A DNA stretch of 64,000 bases, taken from the NCBI GenBank assembly GCA_031423615.1, contig JANPFV010000015.1:14666-78665 (forward strand). Reading direction: 5' to 3'. The notes beneath the pieces were generated by a model, which ran no database searches, was not told where the DNA came from, and was given only the letters and a program-made list of their open reading frames with translations. Positions within the stretch are counted from its first letter, which is position 1; every line of letters begins with the position of its first letter. This document shows positions 28,791 through 39,100 of this stretch, one piece after another. Position numbers and translations under genes: made by a program. Source of the stretch: Candidatus Omnitrophota bacterium (GTDB lineage Bacteria > Omnitrophota > Gorgyraeia > Zapsychrales > JANLHA01).

Positions 28791-30411
28791 AAACAAGATC
28801 ATCGGGGCTCTTTTTTTGGCCTTAGCCCTGTTTATAAATCCTTTGATTTTAAAACAGCTGTACCAGCACAATATTATTTTCGGTGAACTTTTTTTGGCCC
28901 TGGCCTTTTGTTTTTATTTTCGTCTTCCTCCGGTCAACAAAAAGTCGGTGGGGTTTTTTGAATATCTGGTCAATCGACACGGTTGGGTTTTGTTATTGAT
29001 CCAGGCCGTTTTATTTGTGGTTTATCTTGTGTTGAAAAAGGACTTCTTAACATATTCCCTGCATGCGGGATGGGGTGATGAACCCAGTTATACGGGATTT
29101 GATTTTTCGTCTTGGAAATCTGTCCTGGGGAACCACCGTACAGCAGGCTTGCCACTTATTATTCAGATGTATCACCTCCTATTCAAGGACTTTACGCTCT
29201 GGCCTTATCTGCAAATGGTTTGTTATATTTTATCGGTTTGTTATCTTTATTGGAGCTTTTTGAAATTTGGACTTAACCGGATTTTGGCGTTATTCGTCGT
29301 GTCGTTCTTGCTTTGGGATCCGACCATTTACCGGGAATTCTTGAATGTGCAGACGGAAGTTTTTGCAGCGGTTTTTGTTAATGTTGCGATCGGTAGTTTT
29401 TTTTGGGCGATGCGGGAATGGAATTGGAAATCAATCTTTGCGTTGACGTTCGGAGTGTTCTTTCTTTATCAAATACGCCCGAATTTTTCTTTTATGACCT
29501 TATTGATTCCTTTATGGGCCGCAGCCATTTTAGTCCTTACACAAAAATCCGCTGGACCGACGACACGAGGAACGATTCTAAAACTTTCGGCCTGCACAAT
29601 TTTGCCTTTGATATTATTCTGTGGCCTTCGTCTGGCGGTGGTGGGGCAATTCGGAGTTGTGTCTATGAGCGGAGGGTGTCTCTCTGGCCATGCGGTTCAT
29701 TATTTGAATGAGCAAAATGTCCAACAATTGTCCGGCGATGTTCGGGTCTTGGCGGATGAAATTTTGCTTCGTAAACGTCAATTAACGCCCCCGCATAATC
29801 TTTCACCATTCGACTGGATTCAGCCGCTTTCTGATCATAAAAAAATTGAAATGGAAGCGCAGGCGTTTGGTCCCGACTTGATGACGGCCTGGAATGTGGG
29901 AATCAAACAGCTCCGGGGGCTTGAGCCGACGAATGATCCCCAAAAAAATATTGAACCGGAAAAATATACATTGACCTTGTCGGGATTTTACGGACGCAAT
30001 TATAATTTTGAAACCGACCGTTTATTATCCCGGTTTTCTGTGGCGATTTTAAGCCGGGAATGGAAGCGCTATGTCCATTGGTTGGTGGGAGGGAGCTTTT
30101 ATGCTCTGAGGCTTTATCTGGACTCGCAAGCCTTCAGCCTCACTTGCCTCGGGCTTTTGGTTATTGCAAAATTAATTTTTCTTTTGTTCGGGGACATTGA
30201 TGCGGCGCAGTTGAAACGCTGGCACCGTGATACAGGAATTCTCTTTATGATCGGCTTCAGCCTTTTTGTCGGCGGTTTGGTCCCTATTATTGTTTTTAAT
30301 TTTCCTTTTGCCCGTCTGATGAATGTGATCAGTTTTTATTTGGTGCCGGTTCTATTTTGTTTGGCCCTTCCACCATTTTGGTTAACAAAGAAAAGTCTGC
30401 CCCATGCCTGA
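28768..30411 (+). CDS. polytopic membrane protein (547 aa), candidate glycan polymerase or GT-C-type transferase
   Basis: more than ten hydrophobic segments; no soluble catalytic motif recognised. Confidence 0.5.
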   Translation: MPGLMENKNKIIGALFLALALFINPLILKQLYQHNIIFGELFLALAFCFYFRLPPVNKKSVGFFEYLVNRHGWVLLLIQAVLFVVYLVLKKDFLTYSLHAGWGDEPSYTGFDFSSWKSVLGNHRTAGLPLIIQMYHLLFKDFTLWPYLQMVCYILSVCYLYWSFLKFGLNRILALFVVSFLLWDPTIYREFLNVQTEVFAAVFVNVAIGSFFWAMREWNWKSIFALTFGVFFLYQIRPNFSFMTLLIPLWAAAILVLTQKSAGPTTRGTILKLSACTILPLILFCGLRLAVVGQFGVVSMSGGCLSGHAVHYLNEQNVQQLSGDVRVLADEILLRKRQLTPPHNLSPFDWIQPLSDHKKIEMEAQAFGPDLMTAWNVGIKQLRGLEPTNDPQKNIEPEKYTLTLSGFYGRNYNFETDRLLSRFSVAILSREWKRYVHWLVGGSFYALRLYLDSQAFSLTCLGLLVIAKLIFLLFGDIDAAQLKRWHRDTGILFMIGFSLFVGGLVPIIVFNFPFARLMNVISFYLVPVLFCLALPPFWLTKKSLPHA

Positions 30412-31060
30412 GATGGATCTGTTAAAACATTACCCGCGCACTCATCGTAATCTGGAAGAACGTTTGCAACAGAAGACGGCAGAAGCCCGCCGTGTAGCTC
30501 GGGAGTTTGGAAAGGATTTCTTTGATGGAGACCGCAAATATGGTTATGGCGGGTTTTCTTACCATCCGAGATTCTGGCAGCCCGTCGTGCCGGATTTTCA
30601 AAAATATTATGGACTGACCAGCAAAACTTTTCTTCTCGACGTGGGTTGTGCTAAAGGATTCATGCTCCATGATTTTAGACAAATGATCCCGGGAATCAAT
30701 GTTTGCGGAATCGATGTTTCGCCTTACGCCATCGAAAATGCTCTCGGCGATATTAAACCCTTTGTGAAAGTCGCCAGTGCCGAGACCCTGCCTTTTGCCG
30801 ACAAATCTTTTGATCTGGTCATTTCGATTAATACGATTCATAATCTTCCAAAGAAAGCTTGTCTGCGGGCCCTGGGCGAAATTCAACGGGTGAGCCGCGG
30901 GCGGGCGTTTATTACCGTCGATGCGTATCGCACGCCGGAAGAGAAAAAACGGATGGAAGCCTGGAACCTTACCGCTAAAACCTATATGCATGTCGAGGAA
31001 TGGAAAATATTTTTTAAAAAAGCCGGATACACGGGTGATTACTTTTGGTTTATCCCTTAA
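30404..31060 (+). CDS. class I SAM-dependent methyltransferase
   Basis: LLDVGCAKGFMLHDF motif I; FDLVISINTIHNL. Confidence 0.75.
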   Translation: MPEMDLLKHYPRTHRNLEERLQQKTAEARRVAREFGKDFFDGDRKYGYGGFSYHPRFWQPVVPDFQKYYGLTSKTFLLDVGCAKGFMLHDFRQMIPGINVCGIDVSPYAIENALGDIKPFVKVASAETLPFADKSFDLVISINTIHNLPKKACLRALGEIQRVSRGRAFITVDAYRTPEEKKRMEAWNLTAKTYMHVEEWKIFFKKAGYTGDYFWFIP

Positions 31061-31061
31061 C

Positions 31062-32081
31062 ATGAAAACAAAAGCCGCGATTTTGGTTGAGTTGAATAAA
31101 CCGCTTGTCGTTGAGGACATTGACATCCCGGTTCTTTACGACGGACAGGTTTTGGTGCGCGTTTTAGCGAGCGGCATCTGCCGCAGTCAATTGAATGAAT
31201 ATGGGGGTTTGAAAGGTCCCGACCCGTATTTGCCGCACCTGTTGGGCCATGAAGGCGCGGGGATTGTCGAGGCGACAACATCGTCGGTGAAGAAAGTGAA
31301 GGCCGGAGATTATGTGGTCATGACATGGATCAAAGGCCAGGGCCAAGATGTGGCCGGATCGCAATACCGCTGGGGAAAGAAAACCGTCAATTCAGGTGCG
31401 ATCGCAACCTTGACCGAATACGCCGTTGTTGCGGAAAACAGGGTGGTCAAGATTTCTAAAGCTGTGCCGCCGGCGGAAGCGAGTCTTTTGGGATGCGCGG
31501 TCCCGACGGGTAGCGGGATGGTTTTAAACACATTGAATGTTAAGAAAGGAACCTCCCTCGCGGTGTTCGGGGTGGGAGGAATTGGGGCCGCCGCGATTTT
31601 AGCGGCTAAATTTTCCGGCTGTTCGACGATTGTGGGTGTCGATGTTTCTGAACGGAAATTGGAATTCGCCTCCGAATTAGGGGCGACCCACGGGTGCAAG
31701 AGCGGCCAGAGTGCAAAGGAATTTATAAAAAGGGTCGGGAAAATGGATTATGTCATTGAGTCGTCCGGCCGTAAAGAAGCCATGGAGCTGGCCTACACTT
31801 GGGTCAAGGATACGGGCACGCTCGTCATTGCGGGGAATTTATCTAAAGGACAAAAGGTGGCGATTGATCCTTTTGATTTGATCAAAGGCAAAAGAATCGT
31901 CGGAACATGGGGAGGGGAGACCGTCCCCGACCGTGATATTCCGCAATACAGCCGCGCCTATTTGCGGGGAGATATTCCCTTAACGAAATTGATCACCCAC
32001 CGTTTTGCGTTAAAGGACATTAATCCAGCTTTTGCCATGTTGAATTCCGGACGGGCCGGACGCGTGATTATTGAATTTTGA
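31062..32081 (+). CDS. zinc-type (MDR) alcohol dehydrogenase
   Basis: GHEGAGIVEA zinc/substrate motif; GVGGIGAAAILAAK Rossmann motif; start set at MKTKAAIL. Confidence 0.8.
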   Translation: MKTKAAILVELNKPLVVEDIDIPVLYDGQVLVRVLASGICRSQLNEYGGLKGPDPYLPHLLGHEGAGIVEATTSSVKKVKAGDYVVMTWIKGQGQDVAGSQYRWGKKTVNSGAIATLTEYAVVAENRVVKISKAVPPAEASLLGCAVPTGSGMVLNTLNVKKGTSLAVFGVGGIGAAAILAAKFSGCSTIVGVDVSERKLEFASELGATHGCKSGQSAKEFIKRVGKMDYVIESSGRKEAMELAYTWVKDTGTLVIAGNLSKGQKVAIDPFDLIKGKRIVGTWGGETVPDRDIPQYSRAYLRGDIPLTKLITHRFALKDINPAFAMLNSGRAGRVIIEF

Positions 32082-32094
32082 AAAAGGAGCTAAA

Positions 32095-32844
32095 GTGAGC
32101 CAAGGGATTACCGTTGTTGTTGCGGCATTTAATGAAGAAGAAAATATCGCTGCGGCGATTGACAGTGTGCATGAAGGATTTAAGGGGTACGCACAGGATT
32201 ATGAAATTTTGGTGGTCAATGACGGGAGTGAGGATGACACCGGCGCCATTGCCGAAGCGCAGGCCCAAAAGGATCCCCGTCGCGTTCGCGTTGTGCATAA
32301 TGACCGCAATCGAGGCAATGCCTACAGTCTTTATCGCGGTTATCAGCTGGCCGCGCAAGAATATGTTACGGTTTTCCCCGGGGATAATGATCTCTCGCCT
32401 TTTTATCTTCGGGATTTTTTGGCCCATAGGGGCAGCGCTGACATTCTTATGACCTACATGTTAAGCATGCAAAACCGTCCTTGGCACCGCCGCGCTCTTT
32501 CGCGGTCGTTTGTTGTTCTTCTTAATACCCTTTTTGGTCTGAAACTGAGAAATTATAATGGGGCGCCGCTTTATCGCAGCACCGATATTCGCGCCCTTAA
32601 GGTGAGATCCTCGCAAGGCATGACTCTTCTCGCCGAGTGCCTTGTCCGTTTGATCAAGTCCGGCGCAACATATAAAGAAATTCCCAGCGATTTCATCGGG
32701 CGCAAGGGCGGTCAATCCCGCGCTTTACGTTTTAGAAATTTTATCGAATGCTTCCAGGTCATCAGTTGCCTCATCTGGGATGTGTGCATCCGCAGAAAAC
32801 CACGAGGGGAACTCGCGTTTGTGGATAATCCTCTGAAATCTTAA
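32095..32844 (+). CDS. GT2 polyprenyl-phosphate sugar synthase-like glycosyltransferase (DPM1/GtrB-like)
   Basis: GTG start 5 nt after an AAGGAG RBS; VVVAAFNEEENI...VVNDGSEDDT. Confidence 0.7.
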   Translation: MSQGITVVVAAFNEEENIAAAIDSVHEGFKGYAQDYEILVVNDGSEDDTGAIAEAQAQKDPRRVRVVHNDRNRGNAYSLYRGYQLAAQEYVTVFPGDNDLSPFYLRDFLAHRGSADILMTYMLSMQNRPWHRRALSRSFVVLLNTLFGLKLRNYNGAPLYRSTDIRALKVRSSQGMTLLAECLVRLIKSGATYKEIPSDFIGRKGGQSRALRFRNFIECFQVISCLIWDVCIRRKPRGELAFVDNPLKS

Positions 32845-32847
32845 CTC

Positions 32848-35040
32848 ATGTTCTTACATTTTCTAAAATTCTTTATCCCGATTGGACTTTGGCTTTATCT
32901 TTTCCGTGACCTGTTGAGCGGGGCCGCGCCTCTGCAAACCGAGCCCTTTGCCGATCTCGCCATTTTAAATTTTTATCTCACTCATTTGCGATTGGGAATT
33001 GTCCCGTTATGGAATCCCTTTCTCTTTTGGGGTTTCCCGTGGGAAATTCTTTTGACCTATGTGGGTTTTGCCAATCCCATCTGGCTTCTGACGGTTTTTC
33101 TTAATGCATTCGGAATAAAGTTCTATTTTGCCTTCGTTTATACGATTGTGGCTTATTTTCTCATCGGGCAAGCCGGATTTTACTTTCTGGCCCACGCCCT
33201 TTTTAAAGAAACCAAAACGGCCTACATTGCCTTTTTATTTTTATTATTTTCTTCGGTGGGCCTGGTGAGCTTAGTCCAGCTCAATATGCTTTTGATTTTT
33301 GTGCCGGCGGTGTGGTTTTTTTATTTTGCGCTGCGATGGACCCGGCGTTGGGACATCACGTCCTGGCTAGGAATTGTTTTTACCCTGATGCTGGTGAACC
33401 AGGCGTATTTGCCTTTTTACTTTGTGACTTTAGCCGGATTGGCGGCCCTGTTTTGGGGAATTGTTTATGCTCGGGCGGCCTTAAATATTTTCATTGCGGC
33501 TTTGCAATTCGGTAAAAGAAATATTTTTATTGTCATTTTAAGTTTGATAGTTTTGGGTGTGACCTTTATTCCTTCCTATTTCGCGTACCGGAATACGGCG
33601 ACCCACGAAGTGGTACTGCCGTGGCGCCAAAAGGGAATGGATGTGTGGACCAAGGGATCGCATTTTGGGGATTATGATAAAACCACAGAGGGAAGCTTGA
33701 GCAGCCGCATGTCGATCGACGATCTTTATTCAAATGTCGACCAACTGCTTTATGCGAATGATGGATTTGTTTATCTTTCGGGATTTGCTTTCTTGATTCT
33801 GCTTCTGGGAGCGTTTAACCGGCTTAACCGGCGGGTGACATTTTTGGGATTACTTTTTTTAAGTCTCTTCTTTCTTAGTCTGGGGAACGCCACACCGGTG
33901 CACAGATTTTTTTATGAACATGTTTTTTATTTTAAGATGATGCGCAATATGCATTTCTTTCTTCCTTTCTTTTTGGCGGTGTTGGTGTTGTTGACGGCTG
34001 AACAAGCCCGAGGCTTGCTACAGCTTCCGGAGCAAATGAATCGACGACAAAAGTGGCTCGCCTGCGGGATCATCCTGCTCATTCATGGCGGATGCTGGAT
34101 ATTTCTCTCCAGCAAAAAGAATGTCAGCCCCGTGGCTTATGAAACGATCAGTTTGAGTTTTATTTTTGGGATCTTCACCGTATGGTCGGTTTTAAAAAAG
34201 AATGGATATGGACAAGCCTTATTTTTATTCGGCTGTATTGTTTTTCATCCGATTTATGTGCTCAATGGACACAATCAATTAGCCGCAGAAAAGCCGGCTC
34301 CAACGATTACAAAAGGAATGCAGGCCAGAGTCAGCGTTCCGCAATTTTCGTTTACGCGTAATTCTCCGGTGCTGCCGCAAAAGGCAACCGGGGAAGATAA
34401 CTTGAACCCTTTTTATTTTGACTATTTTTTCATGACCGATGTGCTTCCTCATTCCCGGACGTGGCCGTTGTGTTCGCCGGCATTCTGGTCCTATTATCTT
34501 TCTCGAAACGTCCCCGAAAATATTTTGCAGGACTATGCCCGCTATAAATTTGTTGTTTATGATTCCGTGAAGGTGGTCCCGGATGATAAGGAAAATATTT
34601 TGCCACTGATCAAGGGCTTGGAAGGAAAAATCAATATGGCTTTTGTTGCCGAAGACCGGCCGGAAACAAAAAAGGAGCTGGACGCTTTCATAAAGAATCG
34701 GGTCGTATCATCGCAGGCTATATTCATCAGCGCGGCTTCCCCGGAATTGGCCGTAAAACATTTCACTCCCAACGTTGTCCGCTTGACGACAAATTTTAAG
34801 AATGAAAAGTTTTTGGTTTATAACGACAGCTATATGAAAGCCTGGCAGGCGAAGTGTGACGGAGTACGGATTCCTCTCTATCGCGCGAATGGGGCATTCA
34901 AAGGCGTGATTTTAGCGGCGGGACATCATGAAATAGAGTTTGCGTATCGTCCTCTGGGATGGAGCAGGCTGGCAGGGATTATTTTGATTTTGTATTGGAG
35001 TATGTTTGTTATTTTATTAATCAGATTGCGAAAATCATGA
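32848..35040 (+). CDS. large polytopic membrane protein (730 aa) with a C-terminal extracytoplasmic domain; GT-C/YfhO-like candidate
   Basis: N-terminal region of about 450 aa with many TM segments, then a soluble region of about 280 aa; its position right after a DPM1-like GT2 matches the lipid-linked sugar synthase plus GT-C pairing. Confidence 0.5.
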   Translation: MFLHFLKFFIPIGLWLYLFRDLLSGAAPLQTEPFADLAILNFYLTHLRLGIVPLWNPFLFWGFPWEILLTYVGFANPIWLLTVFLNAFGIKFYFAFVYTIVAYFLIGQAGFYFLAHALFKETKTAYIAFLFLLFSSVGLVSLVQLNMLLIFVPAVWFFYFALRWTRRWDITSWLGIVFTLMLVNQAYLPFYFVTLAGLAALFWGIVYARAALNIFIAALQFGKRNIFIVILSLIVLGVTFIPSYFAYRNTATHEVVLPWRQKGMDVWTKGSHFGDYDKTTEGSLSSRMSIDDLYSNVDQLLYANDGFVYLSGFAFLILLLGAFNRLNRRVTFLGLLFLSLFFLSLGNATPVHRFFYEHVFYFKMMRNMHFFLPFFLAVLVLLTAEQARGLLQLPEQMNRRQKWLACGIILLIHGGCWIFLSSKKNVSPVAYETISLSFIFGIFTVWSVLKKNGYGQALFLFGCIVFHPIYVLNGHNQLAAEKPAPTITKGMQARVSVPQFSFTRNSPVLPQKATGEDNLNPFYFDYFFMTDVLPHSRTWPLCSPAFWSYYLSRNVPENILQDYARYKFVVYDSVKVVPDDKENILPLIKGLEGKINMAFVAEDRPETKKELDAFIKNRVVSSQAIFISAASPELAVKHFTPNVVRLTTNFKNEKFLVYNDSYMKAWQAKCDGVRIPLYRANGAFKGVILAAGHHEIEFAYRPLGWSRLAGIILILYWSMFVILLIRLRKS

Positions 35041-36026
35041 ATAGAAAAAAATCTAGCCTGTGGATCAAGCTCGTTGAGTGGACCCTGGGCCGGTGTCTGT
35101 TTTTGTACATGCTCTTGATCGGGGCGAGTCTCGTTTTAATCGACCGTCATACGGTGTTGAACAACCGGATGAATTTTTTGCTCCAGAATGAAGCCAGCGT
35201 CAAGGCTTTTTCCGTCGGGAGAGTACCGATCGACTATAGTGCTTTTAAAATGGCGGTCCGTTATTATACTGAGTTGCGAAGATTTGCTCCTAGAGATGGG
35301 CTACTCTGTGGCAATCAAGGTTTTTGCTATTACCATTTAGGCCAGAAGCAGCAGGCCTTGGAAATGTATCAAAAGGCCCTTATGCTGGAGCCTACTTGCG
35401 GCCCTTTGCAGCTGGATTTAGCGACGATGTTTTTTGAAATAGGGTGGCAGGAAAAGGCCGCGGTCATTTGGAGTAATTATTTAGAGAATAAAGAATCTAT
35501 AAAAAGATATTGCGAGGCTTTAAGAGGCCAGTTGCGGCTCATAAAAAGGGAGGATGTTCTTTTTCTTATCGACGATATGGAAAAAAGTTTTGTCGTCGAT
35601 GAGCGAGAGACGTATATCAAATTGAGCGAAGCGTATTTTTTACTGCAAAAATATTCGCTGGCTGCCGAAACCGCACTGGCGGGTCTGAAGCGTTTTCCTC
35701 AAAACCGCTGGTTGAATTTTGTCGCCGGGTTTTCACGCTACAAAGAAAGCCGTTGGACAGAAGCGGCCGGCTATTTTAGTGAAGCGATCAAAAGTGAGCC
35801 GCACGACATCAATTCTTATTATTATCGTTCTTTGTGCATGCAAAGTTTAGGAGAACCGCAAAAATTTCTGCAAGATCTTAGCCACGTCAAACAATTGCAC
35901 GCCCGCGGAGTTAGCCCTTTCCCTTTTCCTAAAGGGGATGCGGCTTTGCACTTTGATACTGAAGTCTTATTTATTCGGTATCATTTGCAAGATGCAGGAA
36001 AGCTGGAGCGTAACCGTTCGCAATAA
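35037..36026 (+). CDS. TPR-repeat protein with N-terminal TM anchor
   Basis: start at MNRKKSSLWIKL; N-terminal hydrophobic segment CLFLYMLLIGASLVLI; repeated A/Y/L spacing (MYQKALMLEP, YFSEAIKSEP). Confidence 0.6.
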   Translation: MNRKKSSLWIKLVEWTLGRCLFLYMLLIGASLVLIDRHTVLNNRMNFLLQNEASVKAFSVGRVPIDYSAFKMAVRYYTELRRFAPRDGLLCGNQGFCYYHLGQKQQALEMYQKALMLEPTCGPLQLDLATMFFEIGWQEKAAVIWSNYLENKESIKRYCEALRGQLRLIKREDVLFLIDDMEKSFVVDERETYIKLSEAYFLLQKYSLAAETALAGLKRFPQNRWLNFVAGFSRYKESRWTEAAGYFSEAIKSEPHDINSYYYRSLCMQSLGEPQKFLQDLSHVKQLHARGVSPFPFPKGDAALHFDTEVLFIRYHLQDAGKLERNRSQ

Positions 36027-36161
36027 GCTTTTCTGAAATGAGCGATAATATTTTCGCGGACCGCAGGCCAGCGCGATGCAATATATGCCTAGCTATTTGA
36101 CAGGGAATTACTTATCTGTTAAATTTTTTACAGTAACAATTATTACAGCCCATAGGAGATT

Positions 36162-39100
36162 ATGAGCGAAAAATTATTTAGGAGACTAGAAAGATTTCGC
36201 CTACGCAACACATTATCCATATTAGCTTTTTGTAAACAATTAGACACTTCCCCCGTTAATTATCACCGCTGGAAAAAAGCCCGCCACATCGTTGGCCCTT
36301 ACAAAAAAATTCTTGAGGATTTCTTAGATCGCAACGACAACCCTCAAGGCTTTCCACAATCTTCGTATAAAGTCGCGTCCAATATCGCCGTTATCGGTAT
36401 TGCTTGCTATTACCCCGGCGCTAACAATTTGAAAGATTTGTGGGGAAATATCTTAGCCCGGCGGGTTCAATTCCGTCGGATGTTGGACCAAAGACTTCCT
36501 TTGAGTCAATATTACGACGCAGATATTAAGTCCCCCGAAAAAACTTACCTCACAAAAGCCGCTTTCATAGAGAATTTCAAATTTGATTGGGATAGACTCC
36601 GTATTCCCAGAAAAACCGTTGAATCAACCGATATAGCCCACTGGCTGGCTTTAGACACAGCGTTAAAAACGTTTGAAGATGCTGGCTATAAACTCCGCGA
36701 TATTCCTCTCCAAAACACGGGAGTTATCGTTGGCAATACTTTGACTGGTGAACAAACACGATCACAATCTTTGCGTTTGCGCTGGCCATATGTTAATAAA
36801 GTTTTGAAAACGACAATGACTCATTTATCCATGGGTCAAGAGAACCAAAACCGACTTGCCCATGAGATGGAAAAGATTTATAAGTCGGCTTTTTATCCTA
36901 TTACAGAAGATTCTTTGTCAGGCGGTCTAGCCAATACGATTGCTGGCCGGATTTGTAATTATTTAAATTTAAAAGGTGGTGGCTACATTGTTGATGGCGC
37001 TTGTTCGTCGTCCTTGTTGTCTGTTGCGACGGCTGCGGATGCTTTAAAAATGGGAAATATGGATTTGGCTTTAGCTGGAGGAGTTGATGTCAGTCTTGAT
37101 CCATTCGAGTTAGTTGGTTTTGCCAAGGCAGGCGCGTTGGCAAAAGATCAGATGCGTGTTTATGATCAGCATGCCAATGGATTTCTGCCGGGGGAAGGGT
37201 GCGGGTTTGTTCTTTTAAAAAGATTGGAAGATGCGATTAAAGACAAGAATTATATTTATGCAGTAATTAAAGGTTGGGGAATTTCCTCTGATGGCAAAGG
37301 TGGGATTATGGAGCCCTCTTCAAGCGGACAATCATTTGCGATTGAACGGGCTTACAAAGATTTAGAATATAAAATATCCGATGTTGATTTTGTTGAAGGG
37401 CATGGCACGGGGACCGCGAAAGGCGATAGAGTCGAACTCGAAGGAATTGCAACAGCCATTGCCAAAGCGGCACAAAAAAATAATTCGCGCCTCTGTGGTG
37501 TTACATCGTTTAAGTCCATCGTTGGTCACACAAAAGCGGCCGCTGGTGTAGGTGGACTTATTAAAGCCATTTGTGCTGTTAATCAGCGCATTTTACCTCC
37601 TACCGCCAATTGTAGTGAACCCAATGATGTTTTTCAGGATAAAGCAAAAGGTTTATATCCGATTATGCAGGGAAGCATTTTGCTGCAAGGCACAAAAGCA
37701 AAGGCGGGCATTTCTTCGGCGGGATTCGGCGGAATTAATTGTCATATCACGGTTGAATCTAAAGATCTTCCAAAACAAACGTTAAAATCAGAAATAGAAG
37801 AACGCGCTTTATTCGTTAGCAATCAAAAGACGGAAGTTTTTGTTTTTGCTGCGAGGACGACGATTCATTTACAAAAAGTTATTCAAAAGTTTAAGGAAGA
37901 CTTAAGAAACATTAGTATTGCGGAAATGGCCGATTTGGCGGCTTTGTTGAATAAGAAAGCAAGAAATCGCCTGCCTATTAAAGCCTCTATTGTTGCAGAC
38001 TCCCCCGAGAATTTATATGAAGCTTTGAAGTCCCTTGAGAAAGAGATAACTGCAACTCCTGTGGAGGAAGGGCAAATTTATAGAATACAAGCCAATGATA
38101 GCAATACGCATATCATTTTGAGCCATACCGTCAAAACAAAACGTATAGGATTTATATATCCGGGACAGGGATCACAGCGCCTGAATATGACCAGGACTTT
38201 AGTCGAGCGTTATAAATGGGCGAGAGATCTTTTGAATTTATCAAAATTACCGCTTTATGATTTGATTTATAAATCAACAGATAAATTCTCAACCAAAGAA
38301 GATCAACAGGAATTCGAGAAGCAAATAGCGGATACCAAAATTACTCAGCCAGCGATTATTGCCAGTTCATTAATTTGGACAGAATTTCTATCTCGTCTTG
38401 GGATCGATCCTGAATGCGTGGCTGGCCATAGCTTGGGAGAATTGATTGCCTTTTATAGAGCAGGAGCTTTTAGTAAGGAGACATTAATAAAGTTTGCTGA
38501 ATTGCGAGGAAGATTGATGGCTTCCCGGGGTCGCTTTTCGGGAAGTATGGTCAGTTTATTTTGTTCAAAAAACCAAGCCGAAGAATTGATCGGTAAAGTT
38601 ACTGGCAACATTGTTATCGCCAATATCAACAGCCCTACCCAAGTCATTGTTTCTGGTGGTCATAAAGAAATCGAAAGGACAGTAGTATTGGCAGAGAAGG
38701 AAGGAATATCGTTATACCGATTGAATGTCTCCAATGCTTTCCATTCCTCGTTTATGAAAGAGGCTTCAGAAAAAATTCAATCAAGCAAAATATTACCAGA
38801 CAGTTTTAAAGTTGGGGACATTAAAGTTTACTCGGGCATGAGTGCGACTGCGCTGAGCAGTAAGGTTAATTTAAAGGAATATTTTTCAAAGCAAGTCATT
38901 TCACCGGTGAGCTTTGTCGATACGATTGAGGCAATATCGAAAAACTGTGACGTTTTAATCGAAGTCGGGCCGGGGCGGGTGGCAACGGATTTGATAAAGG
39001 CTATTAATAAACAGCAAGCCCCCCTATGTTTGCCTATTGAATCAACCTCACAAAATGATAAGGATTTGAACATTGTTTTAGCAGAATTATTTGTCCGTAA

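Noticed and set aside
30422-31126. 234-aa - strand ORF antisense to the methyltransferase/ADH junction
   Set aside because: Spans two well-supported + strand genes in antisense; no motifs.
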